Shown: positions 51,843-61,832, counted from the stretch's first letter. The stretch: 64,000 bases of DNA from Promethearchaeota archaeon (GCA_048940925.1 JBHLOC010000002.1:64001-128000); one strand, 5' to 3'. Notes: generated by a model from the letters alone, not told the origin. Translations and numbers: made by a program.

Positions 51843-53771
51843 ATGTCTCATCCAGAGCTAAATCAGCTTACATTGGCAGAAGAGCTTTTTGATAATGGCA
51901 AGCTTAATGAAGCTCTTGATATATTAAATGATGAGATCCATTTTGAGGGGCTTACTCTTCAGCAAAAAAGTCATTTTCAGTTTCTTAAGGGTCTAATACT
52001 TTTTTATCATAATAAATGCGATGATCTTATTAATTTAGGTGAGAAAATATATACTGAAGGTCAGAATCGTAATGATTCTCTCCAATCTTTTGATGGGTTG
52101 TGGTTTATTTCCACTGGATTGGGTTTATCGAATAAATATGATGAAGCATTCAAACTTATTAAAAAAACTGAAATCTTTATCAAAAATATTTCGAATGTAT
52201 CTAAAGATGTTTTAACTTTAAGAAAAGTTCGTCTAAGTGTAATAAAGGCTTATGTTGGATTGTTTGGTGGTAAAGTAGATTTGGTTGAGAAATCTTTAGA
52301 GTGGATCTTAGATTCACAAGAAAAATTTGATAAATCATTCGAAATCGTATGGGCTAATCTTTTAATGGGGTGGTTTGATCTTAGTAGGGAGCACTTCAAA
52401 AAAGCATTATCTCTTGCAAAGGAAATTAAATTTAATCACTTCTGGATTGGTTTGTGTCGAATCTTTTTTGGAATGTATTATTTATCTATTGGCGAAATGG
52501 ATAAAAGCTTGAAATATAACAAAAAGGGTTTAGAATTATTTAAAAAGATGAAGAATAATGCTCATATTGCATTTCTATTAAATAATATGGGGATTTTATA
52601 TGGTGAAATGGGTGAATATGAACTTGCTTTGGAACATTTAGAGGAGAGTATAAATCTTTACGAGCAGAATCCTCATAGTTTGTTTAATATAGAAACCACT
52701 ATTGATAGTTTAATAACCTTAGCCATTGAACATGGAGATAACGAACGTGCTCAAAAACATTTTCATCGTCTGGAAGATATTTATAACCAAAAAAGAAACG
52801 ATATAATTGAAATTATTTACAAATTTGATAAAGCCCTAATTTTAAAAACAAGTTCTCGAATCCGAGATAAAGCAAAAGCGGAAGAATTATTCAAAGAACT
52901 TGTAGAAACTGATTTTACAAATTCTGATCTTATTATAAAAGCTCATGTCCATCTTTGTGACTTACTTCTCACGGAATATCGTATAGAGAATAACATTGAG
53001 GTACTTAATGAACTTAATTATTATATTTCCAGGCTATTGGATATTGCTGAAAAGCAACATTCATATCTAGTTTTTTGTGAGGCGTTCATATTACGAGCCA
53101 AAATAGCTTTAATTAGTTTCAATATGAAAACAGCAAGGCGTTATTTAACTCAAGCTCAAAAAATAGCGGAATCTTATGGTATGAAACGATTAACAATGAA
53201 AATTTCATATGAACATGATGAATTACTTAAAAAAACTAAAATGTGGGAGAATTTGAAACCTTCTGAAGTGTCCTTATCTGAACGTTTGGAGCTTAGTGGG
53301 TTGAACGAGCAAATGGGAAATATGGTAAAAAGACGAATGATTGAAGTTCCAGAGATATCAAAAGAAGACCCTGTTATGTTACTAATCTTAACTGAGGGTG
53401 GGAATCTCTTATTCTCTAGAAAATTTATTGAGGAATTTCTTTTTGAAGATGATATCTTAGGGGGCTTTCTAACTTCGATAAATTATTTTATTAGTGAAGT
53501 ATTTTCTGAAGGGCTTGAAAGGGCCGTTTTTGGTCAATATACACTTCTTATGATGCCCCTTGAACCCTTTTTAATTTGTTATATCTTTAAGGGGCACTCT
53601 TATTTTGCTCAACTTAAGATAAAATCTTTTATTACTTCACTACAGAATGATAATTTTATTTGGCAATCTTTACAGAAATTTTTCCAAAAGAGTAAATCTA
53701 TTCAAACTAACGATATCCCATCGCTTGAATCATTGATAATAGAGATTTTTATCAGAAAAAATATTCAGTAG
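51843..53771 (+). CDS. TPR protein with C-terminal longin domain
   Basis: TPRs (LLNNMGILYGEMGEYELALEHLEES), then LLILTEGGNLLFS...ILGGFLTSI...EVF longin signature. Confidence 0.78.
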   Translation: MSHPELNQLTLAEELFDNGKLNEALDILNDEIHFEGLTLQQKSHFQFLKGLILFYHNKCDDLINLGEKIYTEGQNRNDSLQSFDGLWFISTGLGLSNKYDEAFKLIKKTEIFIKNISNVSKDVLTLRKVRLSVIKAYVGLFGGKVDLVEKSLEWILDSQEKFDKSFEIVWANLLMGWFDLSREHFKKALSLAKEIKFNHFWIGLCRIFFGMYYLSIGEMDKSLKYNKKGLELFKKMKNNAHIAFLLNNMGILYGEMGEYELALEHLEESINLYEQNPHSLFNIETTIDSLITLAIEHGDNERAQKHFHRLEDIYNQKRNDIIEIIYKFDKALILKTSSRIRDKAKAEELFKELVETDFTNSDLIIKAHVHLCDLLLTEYRIENNIEVLNELNYYISRLLDIAEKQHSYLVFCEAFILRAKIALISFNMKTARRYLTQAQKIAESYGMKRLTMKISYEHDELLKKTKMWENLKPSEVSLSERLELSGLNEQMGNMVKRRMIEVPEISKEDPVMLLILTEGGNLLFSRKFIEEFLFEDDILGGFLTSINYFISEVFSEGLERAVFGQYTLLMMPLEPFLICYIFKGHSYFAQLKIKSFITSLQNDNFIWQSLQKFFQKSKSIQTNDIPSLESLIIEIFIRKNIQ

Positions 53772-53874
53772 AATTGTAATATTCAATCACTCCAGCACAC
53801 CAAAATTTTATATTAAACTAAACCTAGTCTTACATTAAAAAAAAATTATATTTTCATTAAGAATTAGAAATCTG

Positions 53875-54417
53875 ATGAATATTTCTGAGGAATTTCGATT
53901 TAAGATAGTAGTTGTTGGAGATGGAGCTGTAGGTAAAACATCCTTAATTAAAAAATACACAAAAGGAACATTTGAAAAGGATTATGTAAAAACAATCGGG
54001 GCTCAGTTTTCAAAATATAATAAAGAAATTAATGGAGACATGATTAGGTTAATATTCTGGGATATAGCAGGTCAAGATGATTTCAATTTTCTGCATCATT
54101 TGTTTTATAAAGAGGCTAAAGCAGCAATTATAGTATATAGCCTTGAAGAAAATGAACTTGGGAAAAATAGCTTTACACATATAAAGAACTGGCATGAAGT
54201 AGTAGTAGAAAATTGTGGAAATATTCCAGTGGTATTATTTGCTAATAAAATAGATTTAGTGGACGAAAATAATCTAAATATCACAAAAATCCAAAATCTT
54301 GTTGATCAACTTAATTTTTTGAAATTTTTCTTCACATCCGCAAAAACTGGGCAAAGGGTTGTTGAAGCGTTTAACGCGATTATAGAACAACTATATTTTA
54401 AATTCAAATCGTTGTAA
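53875..54417 (+). CDS. Rab-like small GTPase (paralog of 44453..44995)
   Basis: GDGAVGKTS, WDIAGQ, NKID, TSAKTG. Confidence 0.92.
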   Translation: MNISEEFRFKIVVVGDGAVGKTSLIKKYTKGTFEKDYVKTIGAQFSKYNKEINGDMIRLIFWDIAGQDDFNFLHHLFYKEAKAAIIVYSLEENELGKNSFTHIKNWHEVVVENCGNIPVVLFANKIDLVDENNLNITKIQNLVDQLNFLKFFFTSAKTGQRVVEAFNAIIEQLYFKFKSL

Positions 54418-54595
54418 AAAATAGTATGAATCCATGAAATTATATATTTTAATTTTTTAACATTTCTCTATTTTTAGTTTTATGATGATATATCAAGAAG
54501 TTAACATATTTGAAAAAAAATTGAAAATTACATTTTTTTAGCTACCTTCGATAAACACTTTAAAGGTTTAATACCTTCAATTATTAATTGAGATT

Positions 54596-54997
54596 ATGAT
54601 TATTATGAATGCTAAAGAATTTATGGATCAATTGAAAGAAGTTCAGAAATTAATGAATTTAGAAAAATATAAAGAAGCAATTATAATCCTTGACAAATTA
54701 AAAGAATTAGAAAAAAAGGGCGAATATAATTTTAATTACAGTTTAATCCACACTTTATATCAAATAGATTCTAATTGTCGGTCAAATTATAATCAAGCAA
54801 TCATATTAACTCATATTAAAAAGATTTCAAATAAACAAAAATTAATTTCTTTGCAAGAATTAAATAAAATCATTAAAAACGACGAAGAATTGGATATTAA
54901 CGAGGACATTTTAAGAAGAGAAGTGGAATTACTTATTCTAAGAAATTTAATAACTGGTGTCATAAAAAAAGACTCAATTATTTTAAAATCAAGTTAA
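54596..54997 (+). CDS. Hypothetical helical protein with PCI/winged-helix-like C-terminus
   Basis: TPR-like N-terminal hairpin. ISLQEL...EVELLILRNLITGVI pattern. Confidence 0.5.
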   Translation: MIIMNAKEFMDQLKEVQKLMNLEKYKEAIIILDKLKELEKKGEYNFNYSLIHTLYQIDSNCRSNYNQAIILTHIKKISNKQKLISLQELNKIIKNDEELDINEDILRREVELLILRNLITGVIKKDSIILKSS

Positions 54998-55214
54998 TTA
55001 GATTGGGGGCTATAGTAAATAAATTCTCAATTTTTTGAAAAACATAGTAAAGATATAATTAGATCAAATTTTTATTTAATCTACTATCTGAGAAATATTT
55101 TGCTTATACCTAAAGCATAGAATAACTTGTCTTTCAGGAAAATTTAATATAAATTTTCTAGCATTTTTTAAGTCTATTTTTTAATTCAGTATTAAAATTC
55201 TCCTAAGATAAATT

Positions 55215-55808
55215 ATGATAGTAGATCATCTTGATAAAACGATTAGCATAAAAATTGTATATTTTGGTCCAGCTTTATCAGGTAAGACGACTTCTATAAA
55301 ATCTCTATTTTCTCACTTTGGTAAAAAGGAAGACTTAAAATCGATTGAGAGCACTGTAAAAAGGACTTTATTTTTTGATTATGGTGTGGTGACATTCCAA
55401 AATGAGGAATGGTTGTTAAAAATTAACATTTATACTACAACTGGTCAAGATTTTTACATTATAACAAGACCAATTACTATACGGGCAGTTGATGGGATTA
55501 TTTTTGTTATCGATTCCCAAAAGAAAGTATATGAAAGGAATTTAATTTCTTGGAATGAATTAACATCATATTTTCAAGATGTTCTTAACAATATTCCAAT
55601 TATAATAGCCTTTAATAAACAAGATTTACCAGATAAATTCAATTCTATACAATTCCTAAAAAGAATCACCTTTCAAAAGTACAAAAGAATGGATTCACGA
55701 AATACTATAGCTATTAATGGAGAAGGTATTTTAGAATGTTTTGAAGAGATATTAAGATTAATTTTGAAAAAATATTTTGATTATAAAGAAATTTCAGCAG
55801 TTCATTAG
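55215..55808 (+). CDS. MglA-family small GTPase
   Basis: KIVYFGPALSGKTT, RTLFFD, TTGQ..Y...R, VDGIIFVIDS, NKQDL, A..GEGI. Confidence 0.85.
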   Translation: MIVDHLDKTISIKIVYFGPALSGKTTSIKSLFSHFGKKEDLKSIESTVKRTLFFDYGVVTFQNEEWLLKINIYTTTGQDFYIITRPITIRAVDGIIFVIDSQKKVYERNLISWNELTSYFQDVLNNIPIIIAFNKQDLPDKFNSIQFLKRITFQKYKRMDSRNTIAINGEGILECFEEILRLILKKYFDYKEISAVH

Positions 55809-55828
55809 AGAATATAGTTCAAGTTTAC

Positions 55829-57049
55829 CTAAAAAAAACTTGCTTCCGCGACAGGTGTTTGTATCCTAATACTTTGTTGACTGTTATCTTCTAAAATAGT
55901 AATAAGAGCTGAAATATCCTGCTTAATTTCATAGATAATCTCTTTTTCTTCATCCTTTTTCCATATATTAAATCCAGTTAAATTTGGAGCAGTTTCAAAT
56001 AATCCTTCTTGTAACCCTAATACTTTAACAGTCACACCTTGAAGCTTTTCTTTTGAGATATTCTTTATTCTTAATTTATATCTATCGATATCAGAGTCAA
56101 TAGAAATGACCTTATAGACTTTTTGAAATTTAGAAGAGATTCCGTCGAATAAAGAAGAAGCTTCAGCAGCACCACCCGCGAATAAATCAACACCAGCTTT
56201 TTCTTCTGAAATAGGACTTCCTGTAATTGTAATAGGGACTTCTAATTTGATTGGTTCTTGCCCAAATTCAGGTTTCTTTTTTCCTATAATTAATAATGAC
56301 CATTTGGTATAAGCACCATAACGAAAACCAAAAAGTTCTTTTTCAGAAGGAGACCATAGATAATTATGAGTTGGTTCTGCGATTTCAGGGACTTTTAAAA
56401 GCAAAAATCCTTTATCAATATTTGTGGTTTTGCTATCACCTGCTATTGCGGGTGGGAGTTCTTCAACTTTACTGCAATTTTGCCCATATGCTTCACAGTA
56501 GCACACTATATTTGCATTTTGTAAAAGTCTTACTTCAATCTCTCTTAGAATATCAGAGGTGAAACTTATTTTAATTGTTTCACCAGGTTTATAAATGTCT
56601 TTAGTAAGTAAGACATTTAATCCTGAAATTGAAAATGAAATAGGATTTGGCATTTTAGTTTGAAGACCAGAGTCTTTTGCTTTTATCTCTATATCATGAG
56701 TTTTATTAATAATTAACTCATCTTCAGGATTGATTGGATTTGGTTGTCTTAATATTAATTTTAAAAAATATTTTAAATTTCGATTCTTAATGGTAGGAAC
56801 TACATTTGATTTTATTAAAAGGGATTTTTCTCTGATATATTCTCCTGCTTCAAAATGGCCTTTACTAAACACTTCCTCTTTAGAGACCTGAAGCTCTCTC
56901 AAACATGGAGGATTTGTAATTAATCGAATACCACTCCACAAAATATCAGAGTCTTTCTCAAAATTAAATTTAGTTCTAACAGTAAGCTTATCTCCAATGA
57001 ATACAGAACCTTCACCTAAGTCTCTTAATTCTAGTTTTACCAAGTCCAA
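55829..57049 (-). CDS. Arrestin-fold-like protein
   Basis: Beta-rich. L.KDIYKPGETIKI....REIEVRLLQ...LEVPITI matches the arrestin C-domain pattern. Confidence 0.55.
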   Translation of the reverse strand: MDLVKLELRDLGEGSVFIGDKLTVRTKFNFEKDSDILWSGIRLITNPPCLRELQVSKEEVFSKGHFEAGEYIREKSLLIKSNVVPTIKNRNLKYFLKLILRQPNPINPEDELIINKTHDIEIKAKDSGLQTKMPNPISFSISGLNVLLTKDIYKPGETIKISFTSDILREIEVRLLQNANIVCYCEAYGQNCSKVEELPPAIAGDSKTTNIDKGFLLLKVPEIAEPTHNYLWSPSEKELFGFRYGAYTKWSLLIIGKKKPEFGQEPIKLEVPITITGSPISEEKAGVDLFAGGAAEASSLFDGISSKFQKVYKVISIDSDIDRYKLRIKNISKEKLQGVTVKVLGLQEGLFETAPNLTGFNIWKKDEEKEIIYEIKQDISALITILEDNSQQSIRIQTPVAEASFF

Positions 57050-57300
57050 ACAGATTTAACGTTTATTATTATCTTAATTTTATTATTTAAAATATAGACT
57101 TTTATAAAAATTTTTTATTATTAATTGTTAAGACTTATGGATTTAAGTATTTTAGCTATACATTTAAGATTTTTTTCAAGAGTGTTAAAGTGTTAGTGAA
57201 TTTATAAGAATTATTCGTACGTATGAGTCAAAATTATTAAATTGTCGATAAGTAAATAATTTAACTCAATATTATTATTATAATAGAAAAAAGAAGTATT

Positions 57301-58032
57301 ATGATTAAGAAAATGTCAAAAAGATTAGGCTCTACTATTAAAGCAATTCTCTTCGATCTAGATAAAACACTTCTTGAAGTCGACCTAGATATGTTTGTCT
57401 CACAATACATAAAACTTTTAGCCCAAAGCGTAGCTTCTCTAAATATATCTCCTAAAAAGTTTATTTCAAAGTTAATGAAAGCTTCCAGAGCTGTTGAGAG
57501 AAATAATGGTCATATTACAAACGAAGAAGTGTATGCTAATGCTTTTTTTCCTTTAGAAGGGCATTCTAGAGAGGAAATCGAACCTTTTTTCGACAAGTTT
57601 TATAAAAATGATTTTCATAAATTAAAACAATGTACTAAAAGAAAACCTGAAGCAAGAGAAGTGGTTCAAACTGCTTTTGATAAGGGTTATGATGTAGTAA
57701 TAGCTACGATGCCAATCGTGCCAAGAATTGCTATTGAAAAACGTCTTGAATGGGCCGGTGTAGCGGATTTTCCTTATCGTTTAATCACCACCCTCGAAAA
57801 TAGTTGTGCTTCTAAATCTTTAATTCATCTAATATATTATGAGCAAATTTTAGATAGAATCGGTTATAGTGCGGAGAATTGTCTAATGGTTGGCGATGAG
57901 GATAGAGATATGGTTTGCAAACGACTCGGATTACAAACTTTTCTAATTGAAGGTAATCATAAGAAATGGGATAACAGTGTTCCAGAACCAACATATAGAG
58001 GTTCTTTGGAAGTTTTAAAATCTTTACTTTAA
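57301..58032 (+). CDS. HAD-superfamily hydrolase
   Basis: FDLDKTLL, IAT, K, CLMVGD..RD. Confidence 0.9.
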   Translation: MIKKMSKRLGSTIKAILFDLDKTLLEVDLDMFVSQYIKLLAQSVASLNISPKKFISKLMKASRAVERNNGHITNEEVYANAFFPLEGHSREEIEPFFDKFYKNDFHKLKQCTKRKPEAREVVQTAFDKGYDVVIATMPIVPRIAIEKRLEWAGVADFPYRLITTLENSCASKSLIHLIYYEQILDRIGYSAENCLMVGDEDRDMVCKRLGLQTFLIEGNHKKWDNSVPEPTYRGSLEVLKSLL

Positions 58033-58384
58033 TATTTTACGCTAAGGCCATGTATATCCAATTTTTGTCATACTATAAATATGAGTGGGATCTTCTATTA
58101 GTAATTTAGCTAAACATTTAGAACAAAGATAAACTTCTTTAGTCTTACCACTAAAGAAGCACATAAATAACTTCTCTTTCTTTAAACAGCCCTCACATCT
58201 CATCATTCAACTTATAATCTTTTATGAAAAGATAAAAATATTTTTATTAAATTCTCAATAATTTTCGGATGAAATTTTCTTTTTATACTCTGAAGCTATA
58301 AGAGTTAAAGTTAAATACAAAATCTTTTATAATTTTTTTTAAAAAGAAAATACTTTACTTCCCATTATTATCCCATCACTTTGA

Positions 58385-59257
58385 ATGTTATTTTTAGAGC
58401 TTACAAAAATGAATGATCTCATATTGTTATGTTTGATTATGTTTATGTGTGTAAGGGCTATAGGATTAGGAGTTTCGATTGATTTCTTTTATGATTCAAA
58501 AGATCATAAATTCTTATATTTTATATTATGTTGGTGTTTTTGGATTGTCGCTAATATTTTTCCGATAATTGTTGATTTGACAGAAATTAATATTTTAATG
58601 GAGTTTTATCTCGTGTTAAATATATTGTTTGCTGTTCTCGGCTTTGTTTTTTATATTTGGGGATTTTTCAAATATTATCTAAAAGTGCCTTTTAGATTTA
58701 TGGTATTTTTAACAATAATTACCATAACAATTCCCCTTTTACTATATATTATAATTGATTATATAAGTGCAATTCTGTTTTCTATGTTCCTTCTTAATAT
58801 TTTACTTTTAGGTGGTTACATTATACCTCTAGTAAAAAAGAAAGACTTTATTAAATATATGGGAAAAAGTTTAAGATGGTATTTTGCGATAATATTAACA
58901 TTTATTATTTATTTCCCCGTTTCAGCTATAAGCATCTCATTGGGCTATAGTTATGGACTGTATAATGCTGAAAATACATTGATTATAATACTGTATTATG
59001 TTCCTACTATTAGCTCTACTTTTTTACTTATTATATTACTTGTTCATCTTGAATATACCATTTCTTCTCGGGAAAAATTTGGACTGAAAGATAAATATTC
59101 TCATAATCTAGGAAATATTATGCAAGTAATTTATAGTGCTTCTGACATTGTTAAGAGGACAACTAAAATAGAAAATGAAGAAGAAGAAAAATTAGACTTG
59201 ATTGAAAGAAAATGTAAGGAAGCTTCTAAATTAATAAAAGAGATTAGGAAACTTTAA
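58385..59257 (+). CDS. Multi-TM sensor with a HisKA(DHp)-like tail but no HATPase domain, copy 1
   Basis: About 7 TM, then DKYSHNLGNIMQVI H-box. Ends after the second DHp helix. Confidence 0.7.
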   Translation: MLFLELTKMNDLILLCLIMFMCVRAIGLGVSIDFFYDSKDHKFLYFILCWCFWIVANIFPIIVDLTEINILMEFYLVLNILFAVLGFVFYIWGFFKYYLKVPFRFMVFLTIITITIPLLLYIIIDYISAILFSMFLLNILLLGGYIIPLVKKKDFIKYMGKSLRWYFAIILTFIIYFPVSAISISLGYSYGLYNAENTLIIILYYVPTISSTFLLIILLVHLEYTISSREKFGLKDKYSHNLGNIMQVIYSASDIVKRTTKIENEEEEKLDLIERKCKEASKLIKEIRKL

Positions 59258-59280
59258 AACATCTTTTCGGAGGGATCAGT

Positions 59281-59436
59281 ATCGCCAATATATTTATAAT
59301 TTATAATAATCAAGACCTTGTTGCGCTTTTTAAACGATTCTTAGGATTAAAGGGACATCAATTATTTGCTAAAGTGTTTAATCTTGGTTTGATATATATT
59401 AAATATTTTTATATCTCAAATTTATCATATTGTTAA
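59281..59436 (+). pseudogene. Truncated, degenerate response-regulator remnant
   Basis: IANIFIIYNNQDLVALFKRFLGLKGHQLFAKVFN aligns to the N-terminus of the 60347 gene; acidic pocket residues are lost. Confidence 0.75.
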
Positions 59437-59463
59437 GCATTAAAGAGAGAGGTTAGTTGTACT

Positions 59464-60312
59464 ATGCATGAACTTATATTTTTTAGTATGTTGTTATTAG
59501 TCTTCATAAGATTACTTGGAATTATTGTCTCGGTGAATTTTTACTATGAATCAAAAACTAATACATACATTTATCTCACTATTGGATGGTGTTTTTGGGT
59601 TATCGCTGGCATTGTTACTCTACTTTCTGCAATTGTTATTAATCAAACGCAAGAAAAATTATTTCTTTTAATGAATTATATTTTTGGACCATTAGCAATA
59701 TTTTTTATAACATCTGGACTATGCTCTTATTATATTAACATCTCTTCTAATAAAATTAGAGTTTTCTCTGTGGTCTTAATAATTTTACCCCTAACTATTT
59801 ATCTTTCTTTAGGTATAATTCTTGTCGCGTTTTATGCCCGGATTTTTCAGTTTTTGGGAATCATATTTATGATCTTAATACCTATTTTAAAGTACAACAC
59901 TTTTAAGAAAAAAATTGGGAAAAGCATTAGATGGTATTATCTAATGTGCTTTTCAATAGCTTTATATATACCGATAGCAGTTTTTAGTATGATTACTTCT
60001 ATATCCTCCGGTTTATTCCAAAGTGAAAATATTACTATAATCGTTGGAGCGTATTTATCTATCATAATAATGACTATTTTGCTTATAGCATTCATAATTC
60101 ATTTAGAATATACCATATCTAATAAACAACAATATCAATTGAAAGATAAATATTCTCATGAATTAGGAAATATTATGCAGGTAATTTATAGCGCTTCTGA
60201 CATTGTCAAGAGGATAACTAAATTAGAAAATGATGAAGAAGAAAAATTAAACTTAATTGAAAGAAAATGTAAGGAAGCTTCTAAATTAATAAATGAAATA
60301 AGAAACATCTAA
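59464..60312 (+). CDS. Multi-TM sensor with a HisKA(DHp)-like tail but no HATPase domain, copy 2
   Basis: DKYSHELGNIMQVI. C-terminus is nearly identical to copy 1. Confidence 0.7.
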   Translation: MHELIFFSMLLLVFIRLLGIIVSVNFYYESKTNTYIYLTIGWCFWVIAGIVTLLSAIVINQTQEKLFLLMNYIFGPLAIFFITSGLCSYYINISSNKIRVFSVVLIILPLTIYLSLGIILVAFYARIFQFLGIIFMILIPILKYNTFKKKIGKSIRWYYLMCFSIALYIPIAVFSMITSISSGLFQSENITIIVGAYLSIIIMTILLIAFIIHLEYTISNKQQYQLKDKYSHELGNIMQVIYSASDIVKRITKLENDEEEKLNLIERKCKEASKLINEIRNI

Positions 60313-60346
60313 TTATTTTTTAAAAAAGAATTTCTGAGGGATTAAA

Positions 60347-60724
60347 ATAGCTAACATCTTTATTATTGATGATGACAAAGATATAGTTCTATTATTTGAA
60401 CGACTTTTAGGATTAGAGGGACATCAAGTAATTGCAAAAGCTTTCAATGGGGAACAAGCTATAAAAATTTATAAAAATTTCCATAATTTTCCTGACATTA
60501 TTCTAATGGATCATAGAATGCCTCTTAAAAATGGTTTAGAGACTACTAAAGAATTATTGCGTATTGATCCTAATTGTAAGATAATTTTTATTAGTGCAGA
60601 TTATAGTGTTAAAAATGAAGCTTTAGAACAAGGTGCTATTGATTTCTTAGAGAAACCAATAGATTTCTCAACTCTTTTTAAATTAATTGAAAAATATAGA
60701 TTACCTGAAAGCAAAATTCACTAA
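60347..60724 (+). CDS. Single-domain (CheY-like) response regulator; probable ATA start
   Basis: IFIIDDD...PDIILMDHRMPLKNG...FISA...GAIDFLEKP. The tracked ORF lacks the first 53 codons. Confidence 0.88.
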   Translation: MANIFIIDDDKDIVLLFERLLGLEGHQVIAKAFNGEQAIKIYKNFHNFPDIILMDHRMPLKNGLETTKELLRIDPNCKIIFISADYSVKNEALEQGAIDFLEKPIDFSTLFKLIEKYRLPESKIH

Positions 60725-60726
60725 AA

Positions 60727-61311
60727 TTAATGTTTCTTTTTTACTTTTTGATTAATTTCTTCATATCTAAAGCAATCAATTACATGGTCATTTACCATAC
60801 CAACAGCTTGCATAAACGCATAGCAAATTGTTGGACCTACAAATTTGAATCCTCTTTTTTTCAAATCTTTACTCATTTGCTCAGAGATTTCTGTTTTAGA
60901 AGGTAATTCTGAGAGATCTTTAAAATTATTTATTATTTGCTTATGACCTACAAATTTCCATATATATTTATCAAAAGAACCGTACTCTTTTTTAACTTTT
61001 AAAAATGCTTTAGCATTTGATATCACAGCTTCTATTTTTCGTCGATTTCTTATTATTCCTTCATTATTTAGTAATTCTTCTATTATCTTCTCATTATAAT
61101 TTACAATTTTCTGAGCATCAAAATCATTAAATGCTTTTCTATAATTCTCACGCTTTCGCAAGATCGTAGTCCAATTTAAACCTGCTTGAGCACCTTCTAA
61201 ATTTAAAAATTCAAAGAGGAGTCTATCATCATGAATAGGAGTTCCCCATTCTTTATCATGATATTCCCTCATCTGAGGATTGTCACCAACCCAGCTACAG
61301 CGATTAATCAT
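60727..61311 (-). CDS. tag: DNA-3-methyladenine glycosylase I
   Basis: RCSW, YHDKEWG, LEGAQAGLNW, FKFVGPTICYAFMQAVGMVNDH..C. Confidence 0.95.
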   Translation of the reverse strand: MINRCSWVGDNPQMREYHDKEWGTPIHDDRLLFEFLNLEGAQAGLNWTTILRKRENYRKAFNDFDAQKIVNYNEKIIEELLNNEGIIRNRRKIEAVISNAKAFLKVKKEYGSFDKYIWKFVGHKQIINNFKDLSELPSKTEISEQMSKDLKKRGFKFVGPTICYAFMQAVGMVNDHVIDCFRYEEINQKVKKKH

Positions 61312-61484
61312 TACTAATTCAACTAAATACTTTTAATAGATAGCATTAATGCAAATAATAAAATTTGATGCAAAAATTGCCATAAAAATATTATATATAA
61401 CTAGGTAAATTAAGATAAATAAAAAATAATCTTATATCAAATTACAATAAAAAGTGAATTCAATAAAAAATTTCTATTGAATTT

Positions 61485-61832
61485 ATGGGAATGATGGAAG
61501 AAAAAATCTCATTTTGCGGTTTAGATTGTCTTTCTTGTCCAGCTTATATAGCTACTCAACATGGTGATAGAAAAGCATTAGAACGAATTGCAATTGAATG
61601 GTCTAATAATGAACTTAAATTTGATTCAAAAAATATTGATTGTGTGGGGTGTACTGAAGATGGACGTCACTTTAGTTGGTGTGATATCTGTCCGATAAGA
61701 AAATGCGGAATGGGAAAAAAAATAAAAAATTGCGCACATTGCATATATTATCCCTGTGAAGAATTAAATCAATCTCTTAAAAATTCATTTAAGGCAAGAC
61801 AAAAACTAGATGACATTAGAAAAAATCTATAA
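61485..61832 (+). CDS. Cys-rich DUF3795-like protein
   Basis: CGLDCLSCP...CVGC...CPIRKC...CAHC..YPC. Confidence 0.8.
   Translation: MGMMEEKISFCGLDCLSCPAYIATQHGDRKALERIAIEWSNNELKFDSKNIDCVGCTEDGRHFSWCDICPIRKCGMGKKIKNCAHCIYYPCEELNQSLKNSFKARQKLDDIRKNL

Noticed and set aside
4700-60337. Selenocysteine or TGA readthrough as an explanation for the missing start codons (TGA at 4700, 31862, 60335)
   Set aside because: These TGAs lie within or beside SD-like motifs, homology does not extend beyond them, and rpl10e and stomatin are bounded by TAA.
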